From the NCBI GenBank assembly GCA_035084275.1, contig CM068757.1, forward strand, positions 6,758,001 through 6,822,000: a stretch of DNA of 64,000 nt, in the 5' to 3' direction. A program made the translations under genes and the position numbers. The notes under the pieces are model-generated. The model saw only the letters and a program-made list of their open reading frames with translations, was not told the DNA's origin and did no database searches. This document shows, piece by piece, positions 25,865 to 37,126 of this stretch (position 1 is the stretch's first letter; every line of letters begins with the position of its first letter). This stretch comes from Hydrolagus colliei (taxonomy: Eukaryota).

Positions 25865-26090
25865 CAACATTAACACCATTTAACCCATCATCTCCTGTTC
25901 TTCTAACCCATTTTCTCCTTTGTTTTCCTTGCCCTGCCTCCCCTCACTCTGTTAGTTTTTAAAAGCCTCTCCCTCGAAATGTCCCAGTTCTAATGAAGGG
26001 GCGTGAACCCAAAATGTTGACTCACTTTCCCTTTCTCCATAGATGCTGCCTGACCTGCTGAGCATTCCCAGCGATTTCTGTTTTTGTTTC
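25865..26090 (+). mobile_element. Penelope-like element terminal relic with a decayed minimal hammerhead motif
   Basis: Pyrimidine-rich tract, then AGTT-CTAATGA-AGGGGCGTGAACCC-AAAAT-GTT-GACT and ..TCTCCATAGATGCTGCCTGACCTGCTGAGCATTCCCAGC..; homologous copy at 19002-19091(-). Confidence 0.6.
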
Positions 26091-27190
26091 TAACAAAGTG
26101 GAGGCCAATGTGGCTTGTAAAAATGAGAGCCTGAACTATCTATCTCCCTTCTAGGCAAATAGTGCCAGGACCAAAGTCCCCAAATACTAATACATCTGTT
26201 TCCAGGAAAAGCATCATTGGGGTGGCTTTCATTCGATAAGTTATTTTGCTCCACAAGATCTCATATGAAGCTCAGCAAAATCTAAAGGGTTTCGATACAA
26301 CTCAGCTAAACATTGACTTCTAAGCAGAGGCTCTTACAGCAATGGTTGTTGGCTGTTGAGTGCGGTGACAATCAACGTTCACACGAAGCTTGAAAACCTC
26401 ACCAAGAATGGCGCAAAAGGCTTCAATTCAGTCCTGATTTCGGAAGCCAGTTTGTCACATTCTTAAAAAGAATCGGCGTTTCGAATTCAGAATTTTAAGA
26501 CAAACCGGTTTTCAAATTAAAGGCAGCATTTAAGAATTTTAAGTCAAACTACTTTCATAATGATAATAATCCTTGCATTTGATATAGCATTGTGGGAAGC
26601 GCTTCACAGCGCTTCACAGAATAGACTGTAAGGTGAATTGACTCTATATTTGTGGGCGAATAAAAAGTTAAACCAAGGGGGAAGTTTCAAGCCTTCAGTG
26701 TCAGGGACATACCTGGTGTCACACCTTGCACCTCTCCCACCCCAGTAGGCACATAATGTCCCATCCTGCACTGTACCACATTGTGTGTCACTCTACCTGG
26801 TGATCTGAAGCATTTGTTGGCTCTTTTGCTTATATTTTGTTCCATGGCTGCAGTGTGGTGGAATACAATGCATTGATTAAGTAATCTCTTGTGCAGTTAG
26901 TAAAATTTTAACTGAAACGGTGACGTGATTTTTGTCTGGAAACTTGGCCGGATTAACAACATTGCAAGATAAAGAGGTCAGTTTTCAATAGGGAATTACA
27001 TAAACATTATTTGTTGCTGGATTAACCCTGGCTGGATTAACATTGAGCGCTTCAGCTTCATCGGTAACACAGATGGTTTTGTGCATTTGAATCAACTTAA
27101 ATCTCCTCCCGCACGCACTGCAGCTGAAGATTTATAACTGCAATGTTTTGCGGTTGACAACCATTGAAATTTCTGAGAGGTTAAAAGAGA

Positions 27191-27565
27191 GATAATCCTT
27201 GCATTTTGCCCGCATATATAGTCAATTCACTTTACAGTATTTCTGTGAAGGGCTTTGAGACGTCTAGACGACCTGAAAAGTGCAATAACAAATGCAAGGA
27301 TTATTATACGGTATTCTTATTTGATGTAGAGCTTTTCACATTTTCTGGATGTCTCGAGGCGCTTCACAGAATATATTGTAAAGTGAATCGATTGTATATT
27401 TGTGGGCAGCCACTTGAAATGATCAATTTATTATTGTTTTTTGAAGGATTATTATCAGACGTGTGAAATAAGGAAACTTGCCCAAGGTTTCACCCTGCCT
27501 GGAATCAAACCCTGGTCTCTCGCTTGTAAGGCGAGTGCTCTAACCACTGAGCTACAGGACTCCAC
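27191..27565 (-). mobile_element. Full-length SINE interrupted by an oppositely oriented SINE 3' fragment (~27201-27307)
   Basis: Minus tail ATAATCCTTGCATTT, then a plus-strand 3' fragment, then the minus copy resumes at 27319 and runs to the head at 27565. Confidence 0.85.
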
Positions 27566-28114
27566 GACAGACTTGGGGAATATAAAGATATATAAAGCGT
27601 TGGGTATTGGAATTGAAACATCGATGGTTCTAATAAACAACAGGGATCATCTTAACGGGCTCCTGCATTTCCTAGGTTCCCTAAATATGATGCACTTCGA
27701 ATGGAAATAGCCGAATAAGTACAGTACAATAATAGGCATCCCAAATAAAAACACAGGGGAAACACAATTCAAAGTGTATAAACGTGACTCCTAGAAGGAT
27801 GAATATACAGTTGTCTCGTGCTCAGAGGTCCCCAGAACCTTGGGACGTCCTCTGCACGTGAAAGGCTGATGAAAATAAATGCAATGTGTTGTTGTTGTTA
27901 CTAGCGGGCCATCAATAATGCAGCTTTACATCCACTAACACCAACCAACATTAGCGTCGATTACCCTGAAGACACACATTGATCAATAATAGCAAGGACT
28001 CATCATTTACAATGTTACGTTGGCCCACCAACCTGGCTCTTTCCATTAGTCATCTATAAACCACCAGCTTCTACTCTTGATATAACTGATCTATTTTTCA
28101 GAAAAAGGAGGGAC

Positions 28115-28286
28115 ATGGGCGACACCATTAGAAGCAGATTTCTGGTGTTTGTGCAAAATCTGAACATCCATCTGAACAGTCCGTTGAAGTATGGGCTATT
28201 GGCAGCAGCAGCCATTTTGTTCATGATTTCCATGATAATTCTAGGATGGCAGATTTATAAGCACAAGACTGGAAAAGGAACAAAAG
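28115..28286 (+). CDS. Synaptotagmin-like coding exon 1 (N-terminus and transmembrane helix)
   Basis: gacATGG start; hydrophobic helix followed by basic residues; donor AAG|GTAGG at 28287. Preceded both by a possible acceptor (tttttcag ending 28101) and a TATAAA at 28055-28060. Confidence 0.85.
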
Positions 28287-31200
28287 GTAGGTCTAAACTT
28301 CAAACATTCTTTGGAATTCACTTGTTTACACCTTTGGGAAAGATATGAGCGTATGTTGAATGCATAAGTGGTTTGTTTCCATCAAGGATAACTAATCTGA
28401 AGATATCTACAATGATCACTCAACAGTGGAGGCAATATATTTAGGTTTTCTCCTTTAATATTCCACCACCCTCCACCCGCCCCCACACTCCCACCAGAGG
28501 CCTCATGTCATTCTTTATTTTTCTGCAGCCTGGTTACAATCTCTGGGAAAAGCCCCATTGAACTGTAAAGTCGATACAACATTGTTAGGCAATTGGTTTG
28601 ATACCTCAGCCCATCATGGCAAGATATTAACAGAGTCCACTCACCTTGCAGTAAAGGATGATGTTGTCTCCAAAGGTGGGATTAAGATCTATTTTAGGCA
28701 GTGGTAGGAATCAGTTAGAGTGACCCTGTTAGCTCACATCACCTTTGAATCAGCTTTGCAAGCTGAACAGGATACTGTACTCAGGAGTGTTCCCGATATT
28801 GATACCTGTGAATAGGACAAGTACGTGAGATTTTTATTTTACACTGCAACTGAATGTCAGCGTTCAGGCAATCATCCATGTCTTAAGTTTGACGTGTATT
28901 ATTCATTTCACCCCTTGTTTCCCACATTACTTTTATCTTGCTTGAAGTTATTCACTTCCACGTGAACAATTGACGCTTATACAGTACAGCGCCTTTCATA
29001 AAACAAATTAGTGTGCAACACGAAACAGATGGTTAGAATTGAAGTGACAGTTATGCAGACAAACACAGCAGCTGATTTGCATCAGTTAAGTACCTAGCTT
29101 AAATAACAATAAGGCTAGTTAAAATGAATGTAACATTTATGAGGCTGATTTGGAAGAATGAGAGTTGTGATTTCAAATAAGAGACTTCTTTTTCTTTTTC
29201 TAACCAAAGCTTTGCTGATTAGACATTGCTGCCATGGAAAACAATAGTATTATTATTATTAATATGCTTTTATAATATAATTTATATATTATTACATATA
29301 AATTATGTTCGAATTTGTAATATAATTTACATTGCTGCTATGGAAAACAATATTATTATTATTAATATGCTTTTATAATTACTGATAACTGCTACTTGCA
29401 GCAAAGAAGGACAACAGTGAGACTGGCCCAAAGAAACAATATACAGAAAAAAGCAACTTATCAACACGGAGCAATTCCACAGATTTCTTAAGCGTGTCTG
29501 ATGAACAGGAGCATTTATGCATAGGAAAACACGATTACAAGGCAAGCACGTTTAAAGATTCCCGACCATTTATTCTTCCGCTCGATAGTTTTAAGTAACA
29601 AATAGGTACGAATTTGTTGTCTTGTTACAACACAATTGTGCATTTCCATTTGCAGATAGACAAGCTGCAAGAAGGTACGGAAGAGCTAAATTATTATGTT
29701 CAAAGCAACACCATGGATAAACTGAGCCTGATTCAGAAGAGAGGCAATCCGGTTACCGATTCGATGGACTATGTTGTGGGAAAGGTTATATTTTCTCTCT
29801 CATACGACGATAAACAGTCGCAGTTACACCTGACGGTAGCTGGAGCATCCGACCTTCCCAATCGAACCTTCAGTCAGAGTGTAGATCCTTTCATTCGGGT
29901 AAAGCTCATGTCCAGTGTGCAGTCGGAAAAGTCAACACACCAGTTCATACATCACCGATGGAAGACAAAGGTTGCGAGGAACACGAGAAACCCTTCCTTT
30001 GGAGAGCAGTTCCACTGTTCCATTGAAACTCACGTCCTCAGGAAAGCGACTTTAAAACTAGAGGTGATGTTCTGATCGCTTTTGTTCCGGTTGCCTTCAA
30101 TCTCTTTTGTCACCAATCCAGACTCGCGATACAAGACAAGAGATTAGGTGGCGTCATTACCTGTTACCTCAGTTTTCTCTGTGGGGTCGTGGCAAGAACA
30201 TAGGAACATGAGTAGGCCTTTCAGCCCTTTGAGCCTGTTCCGACATTGAATTAGGTCATAGCTGATCTGTAACTCTACTAATCCTTTCAATTCCAATTTC
30301 CCGCTTTCTACCAAAAATCTGTAGTGGTTAGAGCAGTCGATTTACAAGTGTGAGACCTGTGTTCAAATCCAGGCAGGCCACGGCGGACCCTTGGGCAAGT
30401 TTCCTTACTCCACACTCCGCCTAATAATAATCCCTCCAAAAAATAGTAATAATAATAATAAAATTGGTCATTTCAATCCACAACTGATTGCGGGACACTG
30501 CTATGCACAATTGGCTGCTGCATTTCACCCACAAATATACAGTCAATTCACTTTACAGTATATTCTGTGAAGCTCTTTGAGACATCTAGAAGGCGTGAAA
30601 AGCGCTATATCACTATAGCAGGAAAGAAATGACCAGATTTTCATAGAATGCAATGGCACTTGATTTGCTCAGGAGTCCAATACTGAAGGTATTGAATCAG
30701 AAACCTGTACATTTCCCATGTTCAATGTTGCAGGTGAGAGCCAACACCAACTGGTGTTTTGCTGCTTTCTCAAAAATAGTTTTAAACCACTAGATCAACA
30801 GAGAACAAAGATACCTTGAGGCCTCTAAAAATATAACTAATGCAGCACCAAATAGAAAGTCTGGCGTTGTTGTGTTCATCTCTTGTTGACATTTATTGAT
30901 TTTTTTTTCTGAACTTTTGCAACAAATATATCTGTGGGTAAATGTTATTTTTTTTTAAAAAAAACACAGGTCTGGGATGTTGACAAATATTCAAGGCGAG
31001 GTATTCTAGGGGAAGTGAGGACATCGTTCAGCGCCTTGAATTTATCAGAAACGCTGAAATTCTGCAAGGAATTACAAAAACCACAAAAGGTAACAAAACC
31101 TGATTCTGGCTGTTCTTTGAGCAACGTTTATTTATTTGTTCTCTCGATCAATTTCTCTTCCAATTTTCCCACCCGCCAGACTGAGCTAAAGGTAGCTCAG

Positions 31201-33434
31201 TTGTACTTTTAGATTAAACATTTTTAGACCGCTGTGTGCGATTGGCTGCCGCATTTCGTCCACAAAATATACAGTGAATTCATTTTACAGTATATTCTGT
31301 GAAGCGCTTGTTAGACGTTTCAACGGTGCGATAAGGCGCATTATCAAATGCAAGGATTATTGAAGATAGAGTAGAGTGGGTGGTGGGAGGACAGGAGGAA
31401 AGGGGAAAGGAACACAGCAGAAGCAGATCTTGTCCTCAATAAATGTCCACACACAAGTGTCCTATCTGTCAACCTGATAAAGATGAGCTAACTCAATGCA
31501 AAGCCGCACTTAAACCTGCAGCTGACTGATCTATTCGGTAGTGCCTTTACTCACTGGGTCATTAGGGGAGCTCACAGTCACCTGTTATGTACCCTAAAAC
31601 ACGGTGCACTGTTCACAGTGAGGTGAAGTTACACTGGCATCAGATGGATCGCTAATGCACGACCAATCCTTTGGATTTCATGGTAAATAAATGCAACAGA
31701 GAGTTAAGCAATTAACACCAAAATTAGGTTAATATTCAAATGCAATATTTTAAGATGTTCATATATTTCCTGACACAGGCAGCAAACTGCAAAAAGAAAT
31801 GATGTGTTAATGAGCTAGATTCTGTTGTTATTAATTGCACTCAACTCCCCTGTGTAATACTGTATTCCTCTCCTCAGGACACCGTTGGAGAAATTCTTTT
31901 GACTCTGAGATATCTCCCAGCAGCACAGAGACTTGAAGCAGGGCTGCTGAAAGTGAAAAGTGCCTGCTTGGTCAGCAATCCGAACATAGGTATGCAAAGC
32001 AATGGTTGTTGCATTTGAAGTCAGGCCATTTCAAGACAATAACATTAGTGTCGGGTTCAAGTCGGTGAAAAAGATTTAGAAAAACAACAGAAAAACATAG
32101 AGAGAGAGGTTCATCTTAAGATAGACATTTATAAGACAGCACCAGATATTAGTGGGAGCATGATAAGCACTGTGCTATTTAGAAATTAAGCAGTTTAAAG
32201 GCATGGCATTGTCTGATGACTGACTTTAACACAGCATTTTGACAGATAGTGCACTGTAAATCACAGTGTATTTATCAAATTATAAACGAAAACTGAAGTA
32301 ATACACACATAGCAAATGCCGCTGAATTGCCCCATGCCTGGTTATGCCTGGTTACCGAATTCAATGGTTGCAGAGATCAGTTAGAGTTCAATAGCAATTC
32401 ATCCCAAATCAGTACAAAACGAAACATTCAATGACCATCTACACAGCATCAGAATCATGCTGAGTACTGCACACTGTAATCAAAGGCTACACATCAAGGA
32501 ACATCTCTCTCCATGAAGGCCATTGACAGAACAAAAGGGTTTGAAGTACAGCACTGGGAACATTAAGACACCAGAGAGCGCTGTGACTCCATGATTGCTC
32601 AAGTCCAGGAAATAAAGCAGTTATGTAGAAAAAGGTTTCACAAAAATGAGGGAGAGGGAAAAAAATTGCACAGGATGGATGTGAGAAGCAGACGGGAACA
32701 GAGTCAGAGTGACTATTGGAAAGGGAAATGGGATTACAAGGTTTCAAAAGAACTCAGTAAATCACAGAGTTGCTCACATGACAGACCACAAATGTTATCT
32801 CATCTTAGCCTGTGTAGCCAGGTTGTTTTACAATATGACAATACAACTAGTCAAACATAGGAAAGCATATAACTAGATGAAGGCCCCTTTGGCTCATTAA
32901 TCCCACAGGATCGCACAAAGCCTACTCCATCACAGGCCTCACTCACTGCTTGTCCAGGGGGGGAGCTGTAGTAAGTTTTAGATCGTAGTAAATAAATACA
33001 GTACTTGCTGAACTATGGGAATCAGAGACAAACTTTGTTGGAATGTTCTAATCCCCTCCCAAGTCCTCACCAAAATGCAGTGTCTCTCTCTCTCTCGTCT
33101 GACCTGGCTTGTTCCTTTTCCCTCAGGTATCTACACAACAATCGATTTCTACGTCAACCGGCACAAACAGATGCACCAGAAAACGTCCACAAAGGCAAAG
33201 TCTGCAACGACCGTGTTCAATGAAGTGGTTTCTTTTACTGTGGGAGACTGGGACATCAACCATTCCATGATTATAATCTCGGTGTACGAAACCTCTCTCT
33301 CCAAGGACGGGTCCAGACATCTTGCGGGGCGAGCGTACGTGGGCAGAACCAAATTGAGAGAAGACGATCATTGGCTCTCCATGCTGCAGTGCTTGAGACG
33401 GCCTGTGGCAAAGTGGCATCCACTGTTAATCTAA
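28115..33434 (+). CDS. Synaptotagmin-family protein (single TM plus tandem C2A/C2B), 6 coding exons: 28115-28286, 29402-29541, 29656-30063, 30970-31089, 31878-31989, 33127-33434; 419 aa
   Basis: Exon lengths 172+140+408+120+112+308=1260 nt splice in one open frame from ATG to TAA with compatible phases (1,0,0,0,1). TM segment YGLLAAAAILFMISMIILGW; C2A motifs GKVIFSLSYD, DLP..DPFIRVKL, NPSFGEQF, VWDVDKYS..ILGEV; C2B motifs GEILLTLRYLP, VFNEVVSF; C-terminus HWLSML..RRPVAKWHPL matches the synaptotagmin WHxL end. Paralogue not assignable without a search. Confidence 0.9.
29402..29541 (+). CDS. Synaptotagmin-like coding exon 2 (linker), absent from the ORF track
   Basis: Acceptor ctacttgcag ending 29401; open phase-1 frame AKKDNSETGPKKQYTEKSNLSTRSNSTDFLSVSDEQEHLCIGKHDYK; ends AAG|GCAAGC (GC donor) in phase 0, matching the next exon. 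Confidence 0.65.
29656..30063 (+). CDS. Synaptotagmin-like coding exon 3 (linker end and most of C2A)
   Basis: Acceptor tttccatttgcag; C2 motifs within ORF 29614..30075; donor GAG|GTGATG. Confidence 0.9.
30319..30611 (+). mobile_element. Near full-length SINE in synaptotagmin intron 3
   Basis: Head remnant GTGGTTAGAGC, B box GTTCAAATCC, family body and tail. Confidence 0.85.
30970..31089 (+). CDS. Synaptotagmin-like coding exon 4 (C2A loop 3)
   Basis: acacag|GTCTGG; VWDVDKYSRRGILGEV...LQKPQK; donor AAG|GTAAC. Confidence 0.9.
31878..31989 (+). CDS. Synaptotagmin-like coding exon 5 (C2B start)
   Basis: Acceptor ttcctctcctcag; DTVGEILLTLRYLPAAQRLEAGLLKVKSACLVSNPNI; donor TAG|GTATGC in phase 1. 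Confidence 0.9.
33127..33434 (+). CDS. Synaptotagmin-like coding exon 6 (rest of C2B, stop)
   Basis: Acceptor ttccttttccctcag; GIYTTIDFYV...RRPVAKWHPLLI*. Confidence 0.92.
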
Positions 33435-33794
33435 GTTCACCCACTGGGATGTGTCCTTCCATCTCCACTCATTAGCACTTTAAGACAGCAATGATTGGAT
33501 GGGGCTGCCTCAGGGCACAGAGCATCTTCTCTCATGTGAAACAAACTTGATTTAGAATTTGTGGGATGGTGCAGCGTTGCAACCTGGGGGTGGGGGGGGG
33601 GGGAAGAAAAACCACAGCTGTGTCCTTTACAAGTCTTCACAAATACATTTAGAGCAGATTAGAATTGAATCTGAATCATTTAGTACCTATGGAGCCAATG
33701 GTTGCCTCAGGATTGCACATCTATTGATTCTCAATTGCAGCAGAGACTGCTTATAAACAGTTATGTGTTTAATGTACGTGGATAGATAATACAG

Positions 33795-34488
33795 CAAAGG
33801 CCATCATTACTGCGCAATATTGCCAGGCTCCGCAATTATCTTACCCCCAGCGCTGCCGAAACACTCGTGCACGCAACATCACCTCACGGCTGGACTACGG
33901 AAACTCTCTCCTCGTCGGCCTCCCCAGTTCCTCCATTCACAGGCTGCAAGTCATCCAAAACTCTGCAGCCTGTGTACTATCCCGCACCCACCTCCGCGAC
34001 CACATAACCCCCACCCTCGCCCGTCTGGCTCCCCATCCTCCAGAGGATCGAGTTCAAGATCCTCGTCCTCACCTACAAGGCCTTACACGGCCTTGCCCCG
34101 CCCTATTTAACCGATCTACTTTCCCCATACAAGCCCACCTGGACCCTCCATTCAACAGGACTTGGCCTGCTCCAAGCCCCCCGCCCGAACCGCCCCACCA
34201 TCGGAGGCCGGGCCTTCAGTTTCTCCGCTCCCACCCTATGGAATGCCATCCCTCAATCCCTCCGTCTCGTTTCTTCCCTTTCCTCTTTCAAGGCCGGTTT
34301 GAAGACTTTCCTCTTCGATCGTGCCTTTTATTCCACCCCGAATTTTTTTACCTCCCCTCCGTGTTTTACCCCTTCCCAAACACTCCCCTCTCAGCTCGGG
34401 TCACACGCCTCATGTGAAGCGCCTTGGGACATCCTCCCGACGTGAAAGGCGCTCTATAAATGTAATTTGTTGTTGTTGTTGTTGTTGT
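33795..34488 (+). mobile_element. 5'-truncated L2-clade LINE (ORF2 C-terminus, 3' UTR, (TTG)n tail), frameshifted
   Basis: Manual translation LRNIARLR..AETLVHA / ITSRLDYGNSLLVGLP..RLQVIQNSAA / WLPILQRIEFKILVLTYKALHGLAPPYL..GGRAFSFSAPTLWNAIP..FKAGLKTFLF, typical of the L2 ORF2 end. Confidence 0.92.
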
Positions 34489-35689
34489 ACTGCTGTTTTT
34501 ACTTATAGTTTTAGCCACGGTTGCACCTTATACTGTTGATCCATCAATTGTTACCTGGGCTCAAAAGGTGCTGAGCCGGGCAGCTGTGTATTCCTCCCTG
34601 TCGTCAGTGATAAGGAAAAAGGATTTTCATCTGATGTAGCGACTTGTCATGTGAGAGATCTAATTGCTTCATAAGTAATTACTGTCATGTGTAGTGGTGT
34701 GCAGTGTTTTTATTGACAAATGCAGCAGCCATTTGTAGCAGCAAGGTCCCGCAGACAACCCTGGAGTGATCAATAAATTTGGAGGACTGCTGACACAGGA
34801 AGAAAACTCCTTTGGTTCTTAAACACCCAGTACAACAGGCAAATGGGACCTCAGTTTTAATGTCTTCGTGTTGTGCTTTGATATACAGTACTGGATATTT
34901 TTGTCCAAAAAAACTTTGTACTTTAATAAATCCCAAATCCTGGTTAGGATTTCAGCAATGTCACCTTTTCAGATCACTTCTTAAACAAGTAAAGAATGAT
35001 TTTACACAAAGTGTAGGGTGGAGATGAGGTCATGGTCACTTCCCTTATTTCTCATGCATCTCTTTGTTTGAACTCATCAATTCCGAATTTAATAATTTAA
35101 ATCATTCTGAAGACGTGTGAACTTTTTGAGCTAAAAATAACCGAACAAAATGAGAACATAGCTATGTGAACCGCTCTGAGACATCCTCCCACGTGAAAGG
35201 CACTATACAAGTGTAAACTGTTGTTGTTGTTGTTATTACAAGGTTGCAATCTGATGTTGATTTAAATACAGTACAAATTCATCCCTAACCCAAAGGATCT
35301 TGCACAGTCCAGTGTAGGGTTTAAATTGGCAGCTTTGTCAATTGTTGGTCACAGAAGCTTCTACAATACAATTTGCATTCTACTCCTGACCGACGCAGTG
35401 GACATCCACTGTCCAATGGTGAATCAGTGAAGACCCTAAACAGAAGGAACGTTTCACCCCCAAGACCACCTCGGGCCTTGCAGGTAACCCGCCCGGGCAG
35501 AACAAACCCAGGTTCACTGCCACAGGAACACGATGCTCAGGACTGCTCAACACGGAATCGGCAACACATTTGAGTTTCACAAGGAATGTGGGGAAATTAA
35601 ATCACACGCACTGCTGTTTGCTCTCGGGGATTTGGGGGGAAGCCAGTATGGATGTGAAAGAAAGGGATGCTTTTTCCCCTGTGCATAAT

Positions 35690-35850
35690 TCATATTTCTG
35701 CTCGACCATGAAACAGGAAACAGAGGCAAGGTGGAGGGATAGAGGAAGAGGGTTCCAGAATTTCAGGGCGTAGTGGCTGAAAGTGTGGCCATTTATTCCC
35801 TCTCCCCGGGTTGATTTAGCAGCACATTGTGAGAATTTTTTTTTAGCTTT
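35690..35850 (-). mobile_element. Old L2 ORF2 fragment
   Basis: GHTFSHYALKFWNPLPLSLHL resembles the L2 GRAFS..P.LWNSLP..LR motif; a similar old minus-strand piece lies at ~24055-24170. Confidence 0.6.
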
Positions 35851-36351
35851 AAGACAATCAGAATGTTGAGCTACATTATTAGGGTTCCTCTGGAGATAGC
35901 TGGACGGATACACTAATTGGACGGCTGTGCTCTGTAGTGGAGGGGAATAAACGTCGGGATGTTAACCTCAGGAAATAACAGAGACTGAAACTACAGCAAA
36001 CGCAACCTAAAACAGGTCACATTCTGGAAAATGCAGGGCTGTGTGTTGTATCGTGTTGTACCTCCAAGCCAATAGGTCAAAGATGGTCCTGGCTGATCAG
36101 GCAACAGGGAACTCATCAGTGCTTTGTTAGAAGAAAGCTGCAATGTTTTAATTCATTTAACTGCTTCAGTGCCTATTTGGGGGGTTTTAATACAGTAAAG
36201 GTATGCCAGGTTTCACCCACAAATATGCAGTCAATTCACTTTACAGTATATTCCATGAAGCGCTTTGAGACGTCTCGAAGACATGAAAAGTGCTGTATCA
36301 AATGCAAGGATTATTATATTATTATAATATAAAATTCTGTATTATAAATAT

Positions 36352-36641
36352 GATAAAAACCTTGACAAGCCGGCACGGTTGGGCCCTCGCACCTCCCGGA
36401 TTTCGGAGTTTGCCGATATTTAGAAACCTACCCTAGAAATGGCTGGGGAAACGCCACCGCATACACCAACCCCAGCACGGGGACAGAGCAGCGACACCGT
36501 GAACTACAAAGCAGCTGTTCCGAACATCGGGAGGTTTGCCGGACATCGGAAAAAACTCTAATATTGTTGTATTTCGAAATCGTGCCCTTTTTTAGCGAGT
36601 GGCCGGTTTGTGGAATGTCTGATTATAGAGGTTTTACTGTA
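36352..36641. mobile_element. Non-autonomous Tc1/mariner (Tigger/pogo-type) MITE
   Basis: Right end TCTGATTATAGAGGTTTTACTG|TA; left end AAAACCTTGACAAGCCGGCA is an imperfect inverted match; CpG-rich interior. Confidence 0.55.
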
Positions 36642-36833
36642 TCTTGCCGTCCTGCATTTGTGTTTTCAAGGCAGAGACAAGCAGGGTGTGTCTGCTCTGG
36701 GTGGGGGAGAGGGTGGGAGGGGGTGGGGGGTAGTCTGTACGCTTCGGAAATAGCAAACAGAAGCTTTGCATCCGTGAAGTCGCGGCAGCTGGAGTGTGAG
36801 GCTGAAGACTTGTCTCCTGGCAGAACAAAAACA

Positions 36834-37126
36834 AGTCCTACAACTCAGTGGTTAGAAACGTGAGACCTGTGTTCGAATCCAGGCAGGGCGAAACCTTGGG
36901 CAAGTTTCCTTACTCCGCGTGCCTGATAATAATCCTTCAAAAAAAACATTAATAATAAATTGGTCATCTCAATCCACGACGGTTTGTGGGACACTGCTGT
37001 GTACAATTGGCTGCCGCGTTTCACCCACAAATCTAGAGTCAATTCACTTTACAGTATATTCTGTGAAGCGCTTTGAGACGTCTAGAAGACATGAAAAGTG
37101 CTGTATCAAATGCAAGGATTATTATT
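36834..37126 (+). mobile_element. Near full-length SINE
   Basis: Family match with the anticodon arm deleted; GTTCGAATCC B box; TTA tail. Confidence 0.88.

Noticed and set aside
36471-36492. REST/NRSE site near the synaptotagmin gene (CAGCACGGGGACAG)
   Set aside because: Half-site spacing is one base short, the left half mismatches, and it lies inside the putative MITE.
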